From positions 21,377 to 59,024 of the forward strand of contig CAZCQJ010000004.1 of the NCBI GenBank assembly GCA_964500865.1: DNA of 37,648 nucleotides, in the 5' to 3' direction. The translations under genes and the position numbers were made by a program. Shown in pieces: positions 7,225 through 16,616 of this stretch. Origin of the DNA: an uncultured Bdellovibrionales bacterium (GTDB lineage Bacteria > Patescibacteriota > Minisyncoccia > Moranbacterales > UBA1568). Below the pieces are notes generated by a model. The model was not told where the DNA came from. It searched no databases and saw only the letters and a list, made by a program, of their open reading frames with translations. Within the stretch, counting starts at the first letter, position 1; each line of letters opens with the position of its first letter.

Positions 7225-7252
7225 AAAAAATCCCTCGTGTAAGGGATTTTTT
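7225..7252 (-). terminator. rho-independent terminator after rplU (A-tract/T-tract flanks make it potentially bidirectional)
   Basis: AAAAAATCCCT-cgtgta-AGGGATTTTTT. Confidence 0.7.
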
Positions 7253-7269
7253 GGGGTGAACTTTTTGGA

Positions 7270-7572
7270 TTAACCAATCTTGATAATTTCGAGCTGAGTG
7301 TATGGTTGACGGTGTCCAAAGCGAGTCAACTGACGCTTCTTCGCCTTAAACTTAATACCTGTTACCTTATCGTGACGTCCTTCGGCAACCACTTTGGCTT
7401 CAACGGTTTTGGTAAGCACAGGAGTTCCTACTTCAACCTGGTTCTCATCTCCGATAAATAGAGTTTCGAGCTGCAACACATCACCAACAGCAGCGGTCAA
7501 GCGCTCTACTTTAATTTTCTGGCCAGCAGCAACTTTGTATTGCTTACCACCAGTACGTACAATTGCAATCAT
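7270..7572 (-). CDS. rplU: 50S ribosomal protein L21
   Basis: MIAIVRTGGKQYKVAAGQKIKVERL... is typical of L21. Length is 100 aa. Confidence 0.95.
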   Translation of the reverse strand: MIAIVRTGGKQYKVAAGQKIKVERLTAAVGDVLQLETLFIGDENQVEVGTPVLTKTVEAKVVAEGRHDKVTGIKFKAKKRQLTRFGHRQPYTQLEIIKIG

Positions 7573-7583
7573 AGAATTTATCT

Positions 7584-7605
7584 AAAAAAGGCCCCGTATG
7601 AGACC
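7584..7605 (-). promoter_or_regulatory. terminator-like hairpin plus U-tract inside the rplU 5'UTR (candidate ribosomal-protein leader/attenuator)
   Basis: On the minus strand, GGTCTC-atac-GGGGCC followed by TTTTTT ends 11 nt before the rplU ATG. It lies downstream of the promoter at 7621-7649. Confidence 0.4.
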
Positions 7606-7620
7606 ATTCGTTACTTACAC

Positions 7621-7649
7621 AGTATACCGCGGAGACCAAGATTCGTCAA
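7621..7649 (-). promoter_or_regulatory. sigma70-like promoter for rplU (TTGACG-17 nt-TATACT)
   Basis: On the reverse complement, TTGACG is at 7644-7649 and TATACT at 7621-7626, with a 17-nt spacer. Confidence 0.55.
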
Positions 7650-7693
7650 GAGAATCACCCCGGAGGCCCCAAAAGAGCCTCCTTATAAGCAGA

Positions 7694-9589
7694 TTAGACC
7701 TCGGTATTCGGGACAAAAATACCCTTAATACGACGCACTCCTCGCGAAGAGGCCTCTTCTTTAGCGATGACAAACTTCCCAAACTCCCCTATCTCTTGGG
7801 TATTTTCCACATGGGGTCCACCACAAAGTTCTTGTGAATACACTGTCCCAGTAGTGTCAGCCACCCGGTATACCGTCACGTTTTCCGGGTATTTCTCCCA
7901 AAAGCTTCCTTCTACCCCATTAGCCTGCGCCTCATCCTTTGGCATTACTACTGTGCTTACAACGGCTCCAGCGGCGATCGCCTGGTTTACGTAGGCTTCC
8001 ACCCTATCAAGGATTTCGCGTTCTACCTTGGCACCATAGGTGAAGTCAAAACGTGTGCGTTCTTCGGTAATGTTACTTCCTGCCTGGTGAACTTCCTCGC
8101 CAAGTTCCTTACGGAGCGCAGCAAGCATTAAGTGGGTGGCGGTATGGAAGGCCGTGACTTTGGCGCTATGATCTGCCAGTCCACCTTTAAACTTACCCTC
8201 GCTCGCGGTCCGTGACAAAGCCTGATGCTGCTCGAATTCAGCATCGTATTCTTCGCGGATAAGCGTTATACCACGTTCAGCAGCGAGTTCCTCAGTCATT
8301 TCGTATGGGAATCCAAAACTCGAAAAAAGTACAAAGGCATCCCGCCCAGAGAAAGCACCGGTAGCCATTCGCTTCTCAAATTCTCGCAAACCCTTATCGA
8401 GGGTCTCACGGAACTTTGTTTCTTCTTCATTAATAGCGGCCTCGATAGCGGCCTGTTTCTGAATCAGTATTGGGTATGCATCGCCATAAGTAGTAACAAT
8501 CGATGACACTAACTTTGCAAGTGATAAGCGTGGTACACCAAGGGTATCCGCAAAACGTACTGCCCTGCGCAGTAAGCGACGGAGTACATACCCCTGATCA
8601 GTATTACTTGGTGTCACGCCGTCACTAAGTAAAAAGACACTGGCTCGCATATGATCTATAAGTACTCGGAATGCGTAAGTTTCTTTTTCGTCAGTGCCGT
8701 AGATCTTACCAGACAACGCTTCGATACTCTTGCGAATATCCGCAAAGATGTCGCCACGGAACATATCTGGTTCATTCAAAACAGCCGCCATCAAACGCTC
8801 TAGACCACCACCAAAATCAACATTCTGCTGAGTAAGTTTTTCAAAACCCCTTTCGGTACGCACGTACTCCATAAAGACATTATTTCCGATCTCCATAAAG
8901 CGACCACAGTCACAGTTCACGTGGCAGGGTTCGTCCTTCCAGGCAGATACTTCGTGCAGCCTAAGTTCTGCACCAAAATCCCAGAACATTTCTGTGTCTG
9001 GTCCACCTGGCTCGCCAACCGGCATGTTCCCTGGCACTCCCGCGCGACTCCACCAGTTCTTTTTTTCTCCGTAATAAAAAATATGTTGCCCTGGTAGAAT
9101 ACCATCTTGCTCTGGGTGCTCGCCAATCGTTACCTCCATCCCCTTCTCTGCGAAAAGCTTTTTCCAGAGTTCTGCTGATTCCGTGTCTTTTGGAATAGCA
9201 CCATCCTCACTTCCTTCAAAACAGGTAAACGAAAGTTTTGCCGGATTAAGACCGAGCTCCTCTGTTAAAAAGCACCACATAAAAGTGATCTGCTCTTGCT
9301 TAAAGTAATCACCAAAAGACCAGTTTCCGAGCATCTCAAAAAACGTCGTGTGACGGTTATCACCCACTTCTTCGATGTCTCCGGCGCGAAAGCACTTTTG
9401 AGAATCTGCAATACGCGTTCCCTCTGGATGCGACTGCCCCAAAAGATACGGCACAATAGGTTGCATGCCCGAACCCGTAAAAAGTGTTGTCGGGTCGTTC
9501 TCTGGCACAAGTGGTGCCGACGGCACAATGACATGACCTTGAGATGCGAAAAAATCAAGGTATTTCTGACGAATTTCTTGTGCAGACAT
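7694..9589 (-). CDS. alaS: alanine--tRNA ligase, short form lacking the C-terminal C-Ala domain
   Basis: N-terminus MSAQEIRQKYLDFFASQGHVIVPSAPLVP, editing-domain motifs HTATHL and CGGPHV. It ends shortly after GVRRIKG at 631 aa. Confidence 0.95.
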   Translation of the reverse strand: MSAQEIRQKYLDFFASQGHVIVPSAPLVPENDPTTLFTGSGMQPIVPYLLGQSHPEGTRIADSQKCFRAGDIEEVGDNRHTTFFEMLGNWSFGDYFKQEQITFMWCFLTEELGLNPAKLSFTCFEGSEDGAIPKDTESAELWKKLFAEKGMEVTIGEHPEQDGILPGQHIFYYGEKKNWWSRAGVPGNMPVGEPGGPDTEMFWDFGAELRLHEVSAWKDEPCHVNCDCGRFMEIGNNVFMEYVRTERGFEKLTQQNVDFGGGLERLMAAVLNEPDMFRGDIFADIRKSIEALSGKIYGTDEKETYAFRVLIDHMRASVFLLSDGVTPSNTDQGYVLRRLLRRAVRFADTLGVPRLSLAKLVSSIVTTYGDAYPILIQKQAAIEAAINEEETKFRETLDKGLREFEKRMATGAFSGRDAFVLFSSFGFPYEMTEELAAERGITLIREEYDAEFEQHQALSRTASEGKFKGGLADHSAKVTAFHTATHLMLAALRKELGEEVHQAGSNITEERTRFDFTYGAKVEREILDRVEAYVNQAIAAGAVVSTVVMPKDEAQANGVEGSFWEKYPENVTVYRVADTTGTVYSQELCGGPHVENTQEIGEFGKFVIAKEEASSRGVRRIKGIFVPNTEV

Positions 9590-9664
9590 AGTAAAAGAGA
9601 AACTAAAACAATTATACTTGTCTAGTGTACGAGATTTTTTTGCTTTTGTACAGCGCGATATCGC

Positions 9665-11689
9665 TTATTCAGTGATTTCGGTAAGCGTAATTTTCTCCAC
9701 ATTCCCAGGAATCCGCTTCAGGGCCCAGGACGGCCGAAAGGTTACCTCAAGATTCTTTACTTCTGGGTGTTTCTCGGTAACAAGAGTGAGCTGACTTGCT
9801 GACTTCCCAGCTAAGTCCTGTTTAAGGGTAGCAGCATTTAGTACGGCTACAAGCGAAGCATCAAGATGTGCTTTAAGCGAAGCGGTTCCTGCCTTTTCAT
9901 CTACGGTAAAATCGGTGAATGAGAGCTTCTGCTCCTTTGGAGCGAAAGTAATACCGTCGTAGTCTGTCTTCATGTTCTTTACCAGAAGCTTTTTGACGTC
10001 AGCTACATTGACCGTGTAGGCGGTCACTTTGTAGACTGCTGTATACGTATAATCTCCTGGAACCGAATTTGCCTTGGGCATATTTTGTTCAGAAACCATC
10101 TCGGTTACCAGGCCATCAGTAAAGGTATATTTTTCCGATCGCTCATCGTTCGTAATGCCATCAGTAAACTGAGTCTTAGCTGTTTCGGCTGCTCGTGAAC
10201 GAAGTGTTTCTTCATCAGCACGAATAAACGTAGCGCCGCTACCACTGGTAGCAACCGTTTGTCCTTCACCCCCTGTAATTTCTGTGGCAACCGTAGCGCT
10301 AAACTTCGCATACTTATCACTCCCTTTGAATCCAGGAATTGTGAATGTATCGCTACTCTTATTGTATTCGCTTCCACTCTTATCAGCAGAGACTTCTGCA
10401 GTAACACTACCGTTCCCCGGTACCGTTGTAGCCTTAGTGAGGCGATACACCTTTCCATCACTTGCCTCGAACCGTGTGGTTGAAACTAGTGTTTGTGCTT
10501 CACTACTGTAACTATTGGTAATGGTAAGTGTTCCCTTAGCCCGCCCGGCGACTGCGCTACTGCCCGCAACAGTACTTGGTGCACCACTTGCAATACCTGG
10601 AATACTCACACTTACTTCTTCTGTTCTTTTTTGTAAAGTAATATCACCACCACCCGTAAGTAACACGGTGTACGACTGATCGACAGCATCTTCTACAGTC
10701 TGAGCAACTACCTTTACTTCGGCTGATGGTAAGGTAAGAAACAAGAAAACCGCGATGCTCGTAAGAATCACTAAGGCCCCGAAGATAAAAAGTGCTAAAC
10801 GGAGCGTGCGACTTGCGGGTACATTGACGGGCGCTACCACTGACTCCTTCGGCGTAAAAGCGGTTTCCTGAGTAGCAAATACACCCCTTGCAGGCTTACC
10901 ACCCGCTGGATTCAATGGGGCAAAATCATGCACGGGTGGTTTTTTATGTTCTGGCGCGGCTGCCGGCATATCAGAAAAGTGCCTACTAGTCCCGAAAGGC
11001 ATCTCGTTTGCTGGTGGCACTTCTCGTGGAGCCACTTCTTCTACTATTCCATCGTCAACCTGAACTACCTGCTGACGTGCCTTTTCTGCTTCTTGGAAGC
11101 GTACTGAGTTTAGTCCTGGTGGTCGCTCTGGTGTGGCATTGCGAATCCGGAGTGTAGTTGTGGCAGCTGCAGCAGTAACTGGTGCTGCTACCTCTGAAGA
11201 CTCTTCCACAGCAGATTCCACTACCTGTTCTGCTGGCGCAGTAATATCCCCTATCTTTTTTGCTAGCGGCGCAGTATCTTCTCGAATGACATGAAACGTA
11301 CTACTCCCTATGTCGGCACTGCGTGGTCGGGCAATTGTAAGACTTTCGTCTGGGACAACCTGTGCCGCGACCTCTGGTGCTGCTATAGGCGCCTCAAAAG
11401 CACTCCCCGAAAACAAGTAGTTCTTCTGCTCAAAATCCTGCGTGTAAGGTAACGTACTAAACCCAAGTTTCTCTGCCAGACTCCGCGCGTTCTCGCTCTG
11501 ACTCACGATGATCATTTTCTTCTGTAATTTTTCTCCTTCGCGCGCGAGAAGCTTAAGGTTAATGATACTCTGCGTAACAGCAGACGTTTTTGGAAACACC
11601 AAAGTAACTTCAGATTCTTCCATGCTTCGCAAGCGAGCAATCACCGAGATAATCTCCTCGTCCGGAGCAATGTAAAGTGGGTGTACCAT
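9665..11689 (-). CDS. hypothetical bitopic membrane protein: small N-terminal cytoplasmic domain, A/P/E/V-rich linker, one TM helix and a Thr/Ser-rich extracytoplasmic domain
   Basis: 674-aa ORF with TM segment LRLALFIFGALVILTSIAVFLFLTL. It starts 5 nt after the ftsA-like stop. No family recognised. Confidence 0.7.
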   Translation of the reverse strand: MVHPLYIAPDEEIISVIARLRSMEESEVTLVFPKTSAVTQSIINLKLLAREGEKLQKKMIIVSQSENARSLAEKLGFSTLPYTQDFEQKNYLFSGSAFEAPIAAPEVAAQVVPDESLTIARPRSADIGSSTFHVIREDTAPLAKKIGDITAPAEQVVESAVEESSEVAAPVTAAAATTTLRIRNATPERPPGLNSVRFQEAEKARQQVVQVDDGIVEEVAPREVPPANEMPFGTSRHFSDMPAAAPEHKKPPVHDFAPLNPAGGKPARGVFATQETAFTPKESVVAPVNVPASRTLRLALFIFGALVILTSIAVFLFLTLPSAEVKVVAQTVEDAVDQSYTVLLTGGGDITLQKRTEEVSVSIPGIASGAPSTVAGSSAVAGRAKGTLTITNSYSSEAQTLVSTTRFEASDGKVYRLTKATTVPGNGSVTAEVSADKSGSEYNKSSDTFTIPGFKGSDKYAKFSATVATEITGGEGQTVATSGSGATFIRADEETLRSRAAETAKTQFTDGITNDERSEKYTFTDGLVTEMVSEQNMPKANSVPGDYTYTAVYKVTAYTVNVADVKKLLVKNMKTDYDGITFAPKEQKLSFTDFTVDEKAGTASLKAHLDASLVAVLNAATLKQDLAGKSASQLTLVTEKHPEVKNLEVTFRPSWALKRIPGNVEKITLTEITE

Positions 11690-11693
11690 ACGC

Positions 11694-12947
11694 TTATATA
11701 TTTTCTATTGAATGCTGAAGAATATTTGCAAGCACTTTTTCGCTATCGAGGTGATGAATAATGGCTAAGTTTACCAGGGCTACCGGAGTAATATCTTGGG
11801 GATTTACCAAGAGTCCGGTCTCATCCTGTACATGAATAATATCATGTGGCTGCAAGTAACTTACCACTGGTGTTTTCGCAAAAGGTAAAAAGTCCGTCCA
11901 GTCATGCGAGCCGAGCGCCTCCTGAATACCCGGCAAACCCGAACCACCACCACACAAAAATATGCGTGATGGCAACAGGTCTGTTTCGGCAAATTCGAGG
12001 AGCGAAAGTGTCACGCCGTCGAGCCAAATACGACAGTCATCCGCAAAAAATTCATGAAGTTGTTCTTGTTGAGCCAGTGGCAGTACCCCAGCAGCATAGT
12101 CGAGCTTGAGTTTTTCGGCTTCGTCGAAGGTTAAACGAAATTCAGCAGCAAGGCGTTTCGTAAAGGCACGACCACCCAAAGCAAACATCTTCGTGCCTTC
12201 GAGGCCACCACTCCGTACCACAGCAATATCGGTAGTACCGCCACCAATGTCAATAAATATAGCACTGAAGTCCATAATATCCTCGACGTCGAGCGAACGC
12301 GCTACAGCATACGGTTCCGCAGCCACCGAAAGCAGATCAAGATCAAGCTCACCCGCAATCGTCTCGAGCGCACCTAAGTGAATCATTGGTGCATAGGCAT
12401 TAAAAATACTCATCGAGACATCCTTCCCCTGAAAGTTCAGCGGATTCGAAATGCGGTACCCATCGATACGCACATCTACCATGGCTGCATTAATCAGTTT
12501 AATCTGAATGTCACTCTGATTCGTCTCCCAACTAATCTGCTTCAGGATACGCTCATAGGCTTTCTCCTGTACTTTTTGCATAATCATCCGTAGCTCCGGC
12601 ATAGCGATTTTCTGCTCTGGGTGAACGCGTTCGTAGTGCACTGTTGTTGTGGTCCCCTTAACAAGTTCGCCCGCAATACCCAAAATAGACTTCTTTACCT
12701 TTTTAACACCCGCCTGTGCTAAGGCATCAGCGATAGCGAGTTTCGAAGCAACGATTACCCCTTCGATGTCAGCGATAGCGCCACTCTGCATATTCCCCGG
12801 CTGCTGCTGCTGGCGAGCCACACCCAAAACCGTGGCATTGCGCTCCTCTTTGTCCAACGTAAAAATAAGCGCCTTTACCACTTCGGTTCCAATATCAAGC
12901 GCTAAAATATATTCTTCTTTTTCTTTGCCAAACGAAAACAGACCCAT
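11694..12947 (-). CDS. ftsA: actin-like ATPase, cell division protein FtsA-like
   Basis: Contains ASKHA motifs LALDIGTEVVKA and FIDIGGGTTDIAVV, and LGG..FT. Its 417-aa length fits FtsA better than PilM. Confidence 0.7.
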   Translation of the reverse strand: MGLFSFGKEKEEYILALDIGTEVVKALIFTLDKEERNATVLGVARQQQQPGNMQSGAIADIEGVIVASKLAIADALAQAGVKKVKKSILGIAGELVKGTTTTVHYERVHPEQKIAMPELRMIMQKVQEKAYERILKQISWETNQSDIQIKLINAAMVDVRIDGYRISNPLNFQGKDVSMSIFNAYAPMIHLGALETIAGELDLDLLSVAAEPYAVARSLDVEDIMDFSAIFIDIGGGTTDIAVVRSGGLEGTKMFALGGRAFTKRLAAEFRLTFDEAEKLKLDYAAGVLPLAQQEQLHEFFADDCRIWLDGVTLSLLEFAETDLLPSRIFLCGGGSGLPGIQEALGSHDWTDFLPFAKTPVVSYLQPHDIIHVQDETGLLVNPQDITPVALVNLAIIHHLDSEKVLANILQHSIENI

Positions 12948-12987
12948 GTTTTTCTTTTTCTTTTAGTATAGCACTTTTCCAGCTTGT

Positions 12988-14022
12988 TTACAGCTTCTCG
13001 GGCACCAAGTGAAGGATTGCCTGCGCAAGCTGCTCTTTCGTCAGAAGTCCTGCGTTACATCCGTAAAATTGCACCACTGACTGGCTCTCAGCTACTCCCT
13101 GTCGTAAAGCTATATCAAGACACTCCCCCTTTAAGAGGGCTCCAAAAAAGCCACTCCCGAAGGCATCACCAGCACCGGTAACGTCCACTACCTTGATATT
13201 TGGCATAATCCCCTAAAACCAACGCTCCTCTTTCGATGCACACCAGGCACCACGCCCTCCGTCGGTGATAGCCACCTGCTTCACACCAAGGTTAAGTAAA
13301 AATTCAAGCAAGAAGGTTTCTTGTAGTAATTGTTCCTTCGGCGTCTCTGGCTGCATATGGAGCACGAGCTCCAAGGCTTCGTCTTTATTCAAAATAAGCA
13401 CTTCGGTATGCCTCAGGAGGCGCACTATGAGCGCTGCATCCTCGTGCAGGTTGTGCTGACCCGGATTTACCGCCAGTCGAAAGTCTCTTGTTTTTTGAGC
13501 TGCCAAAATCGTTTCGATATTCTTCTGCCAAGGGCCATTGAGCGAACTAACAAAAATCCAGTCGGCATCGAGTGCTTCTTCGGCAACTGCCAATCGCTTG
13601 TTCGAATCTCGGTTATGAATAATCGTTCGTTCTCCACCTGGCAATAACACAATGATGGCCGAAACATCTGTCTTTGCATCAACGAGCTGCTGCACCAAAT
13701 CTGTTTCCACCCCATTCTTGTGGAGCTCATTCAAACAGAATCGTGCATTTTCGTCATGACCCACGCAGGTATACGCACTAGCGACAATGCCCTGCAGCGC
13801 CAGCCCCTGGGCTACGTTAGCTGCCACCCCACCAACAGCCATATGGATTTCATCAGCCAACACTTTCCCACCTAACTCAAAAGCAATTTTTTTTTGTGAC
13901 AATACATCATCGGGCGTATCGATAATCAGTCCTTCGTCGGTTGGGAAAAAGATATCGAGCGAGGTCGAACCGACACAGATAACCTGTTTGTGTTTTCGTT
14001 TTGGTTGCTTAGAAAATAACAT
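12988..14022 (-). pseudogene. PfkB-family carbohydrate kinase interrupted by one in-frame TAG (pieces 13213..14022 and 12988..13206)
   Basis: The N-terminal piece has a ribokinase-like fold. The C-terminal piece carries VVDVTGAGDAF. The pieces are in the same frame, separated only by TAG (13213-13215) plus GGG ATT. Confidence 0.8.
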
Positions 14023-14025
14023 ATT

Positions 14026-15294
14026 TTATACCGAAAGTTCCTGATAAATTTCTGAAAGACGATTGTATTTGGCGAGGCGTTCACCACGTGAGAGTGACCC
14101 GGTTTTAATATACTCAGCACCAGCAGCCACTGCGAGGTCAGCAATAAAGTCGTCACAGGTTTCGCCACTACGGTGAGACACCACCAGCTGCATATCGTGT
14201 TTTTTGGCCAGTGCCATACAGGCAATGGCCTCGAAGAGGGTTCCGATTTGATTTACCTTTACCAAAAGCGTATTACACGATCCCTCTTTGATGGCGGTCT
14301 GCAGACGCTCCACATTGGTCACCAGTAAATCATCCCCGATTATCAAAGCCTCCTTCGGCATCGCTTTCACAAATTCGTGCCAGCCAGCAAAGTCATCTTG
14401 GTGAAGCGGATCCTCGATCGAAAAAAGTGGATACCTATCCATCCATTCTTTGTACAGGTGAATCATCTGGTCGCGCTTCAGCGCAGCGCCTTCCGGGAGG
14501 AGTCGGTACACCTCGGCTTCAACATCATAAAAAGAGTCTGTCGCTGCATCGATATCATAAAAAATTTCTCGTCCTGGCTGGTAACCCGCAGCGCTCACGG
14601 CTTCGTTCAGGACCTCAAAAACAGCACTGTGTTCTGGTAGGCGAGGCGCAAAACCACCCTCATCACCAACATCAGTAGTAAAACCTTTCTGCTTCAGGAT
14701 CTTCTTGAGTGACTGAAAAATTTCACTCCCGGCCCGTAGTTGCTCTGGGTAACTCGCAATCCCCTTGGGCACCAACTTAAACTCCTGGACCGAAAGGCCA
14801 GAATCTGCGTGCGCCCCGCCGTTAATCACGTTAAACATCGGTACCGGGAACTGCCCCGGCGAAAGCGTGACCGCGTACGGGAATAGCGTGCGGAGGTACT
14901 GGTACAAAGGCTTCCCGCTACTCACGGCTGCTGCCCGAGCCACAGCGAGCGACACCGCCAAAAGAGCATTGGCCCCCAAGCGCGATTTATTCTTGGTGCC
15001 ATCGAGGATAATCATCGCTTCGTCGATGGCTCGCTGGTCGCTTGCTTCCATGCCCAAAACGGCCGAACGAATTTCGGTTTCTATATGCTGTACTGCGTTT
15101 AAAACTCCCTGCCCATGGTAACGGTGGGCGTCACCATCGCGGAGCTCCCAGGCCTCGTGCGCCCCGGTTGAAGCACCACTCGGAACACTGGCCGTGCCAC
15201 GACTACCATCATTCAAAGTAACGATAGCTTCTACGGTTGGATTTCCTCGTGAATCAAGAATCTCGCGCGCCGAAAGCGCAGTTATTGTTGCCAT
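14026..15294 (-). CDS. eno: enolase (phosphopyruvate hydratase)
   Basis: Contains MATITALSAREILDSRGNPTVEA... and SHRSGET. The track ORF extends 10 codons upstream to 15324. Confidence 0.95.
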   Translation of the reverse strand: MATITALSAREILDSRGNPTVEAIVTLNDGSRGTASVPSGASTGAHEAWELRDGDAHRYHGQGVLNAVQHIETEIRSAVLGMEASDQRAIDEAMIILDGTKNKSRLGANALLAVSLAVARAAAVSSGKPLYQYLRTLFPYAVTLSPGQFPVPMFNVINGGAHADSGLSVQEFKLVPKGIASYPEQLRAGSEIFQSLKKILKQKGFTTDVGDEGGFAPRLPEHSAVFEVLNEAVSAAGYQPGREIFYDIDAATDSFYDVEAEVYRLLPEGAALKRDQMIHLYKEWMDRYPLFSIEDPLHQDDFAGWHEFVKAMPKEALIIGDDLLVTNVERLQTAIKEGSCNTLLVKVNQIGTLFEAIACMALAKKHDMQLVVSHRSGETCDDFIADLAVAAGAEYIKTGSLSRGERLAKYNRLSEIYQELSV

Positions 15295-15337
15295 AAATGT
15301 TTGGTATTTGTATTTGTGAATCATTCACTGTACCTGT

Positions 15338-15366
15338 AGTATATCGCACCTTAGGCCGTGCTACAA
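15338..15366 (-). promoter_or_regulatory. sigma70-like promoter for eno (TTGTAG-17 nt-TATACT)
   Basis: On the reverse complement, TTGTAG is at 15361-15366 and TATACT at 15338-15343. Confidence 0.4.
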
Positions 15367-15402
15367 TAATCGTATTAACCCTTTGTTACCTTGCTTCGTT
15401 CG

Positions 15403-15427
15403 GAAACAAAAAATCTTTTTTTGTTTC
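15403..15427 (-). terminator. weak AT-rich hairpin downstream of pgk
   Basis: GAAACAAAAAA-tc-TTTTTTTGTTTC. It has only two G-C pairs, so termination efficiency is uncertain. Confidence 0.25.
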
Positions 15428-15520
15428 ACTCACTTCAGATGGTAATAAAAAGCAAAGAGGACTCACTGGCGCGATAGCAAACAAATCCCCTATCTATTGT
15501 TAGTTTTGAGGCTTACGTTG

Positions 15521-16573
15521 TTAGTAAGATTTTAGGGCTGATAGCCCTGGCATTGGCTCGCCAGCTAAAAAGGCGAGCATAGCGCCGCCGCCAGACGACA
15601 CCACATCGATAGTATGAAAAACACCTGCCTGCTGCAGCGCCAGGAGTGACTCCCCGCCCCCAGCAATCACGTGGGCGTCGCTGCCAGCCAGGGCTTTGGC
15701 AATAGCCATAGTACCCGTATCATAGGGCGCTTCTTCGAACTTCCCCAGAGGGCCATTCCATACAATGGTGCCCGCATTCTGGATATGCTCGGTGAATAAC
15801 CGCACGGTAGCATCACCAATGTCTAGGCGACTACTACTTCCACTTTCACTGTCATTCTCGTTCCGGTAATCTACTGGCAACAGCACATTTTCTTTTAGGG
15901 TAATGTTCTGGTCTACGGCTTCGTTCGCAATACGGCCACCCAAAAGCACGGTATCGTATTTTTTTTCAAATACGTGTATCAGCGGCAGCTTGGTCTCAAT
16001 TTTGGCGCCACCCAAAATGGCGAGGGCCGGGCGACCAGGGTGTTCCAGGGCTTCGGTAAGATCTTTTACTTCTTTGGCTAAATGCACACCTGCAACGCTG
16101 GGTAAAAACTTAGTAATCGCCGCGACCGACGCATGGGCCCGGTGACACACACTAAAGGCTTCGTTAACGTAGAGGTCAAAACCAGCGGCTAACTTTTTAG
16201 CAAATACTGGGTCGTTTATTTCTTCTTCTTTGTAAAAACGGACGTTCTCGAGCAGCGTAATACTCCCCGCCTGAAAAGCTGGTTTTTGGAGGGCGTCACC
16301 CAAAAAACGAACCGGGCGTTTTAAAACCGCTGTAAGGGGTGCTGTGAGTCCACGGGTCGAAAACTGCGGGTCGACTTTTCCTTCTGGCCGGCCAAAGTGC
16401 GTAAGGAGCGTTACGCTGGCACCCGGGAAACGCAAAATGGCATCGACGGATTCCTTCAGAAGCTGCAGCCGAAAGTTTTCGCTTGGGTCTGCAGCGTGCT
16501 CGAGTGAAATATTGCCGTCAAAACGAACAAGAACTTTTTTATTAGTACAGTCTGTAGCTTTCAAAAAATGCAT
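15521..16573 (-). CDS. pgk: phosphoglycerate kinase
   Basis: Contains VLVRFDGN, LLTHFGRPEG and GGGESL...GGGA. The likely start is MHFLKATD (ATG 16571-16573), because the longer track ORF would overlap mraY. Confidence 0.9.
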   Translation of the reverse strand: MHFLKATDCTNKKVLVRFDGNISLEHAADPSENFRLQLLKESVDAILRFPGASVTLLTHFGRPEGKVDPQFSTRGLTAPLTAVLKRPVRFLGDALQKPAFQAGSITLLENVRFYKEEEINDPVFAKKLAAGFDLYVNEAFSVCHRAHASVAAITKFLPSVAGVHLAKEVKDLTEALEHPGRPALAILGGAKIETKLPLIHVFEKKYDTVLLGGRIANEAVDQNITLKENVLLPVDYRNENDSESGSSSRLDIGDATVRLFTEHIQNAGTIVWNGPLGKFEEAPYDTGTMAIAKALAGSDAHVIAGGGESLLALQQAGVFHTIDVVSSGGGAMLAFLAGEPMPGLSALKSY

Positions 16574-16616
16574 AGTTTTTCTCTTTTCTGTTTTTGTCCA
16601 ACAGGATCCCTTGTAC

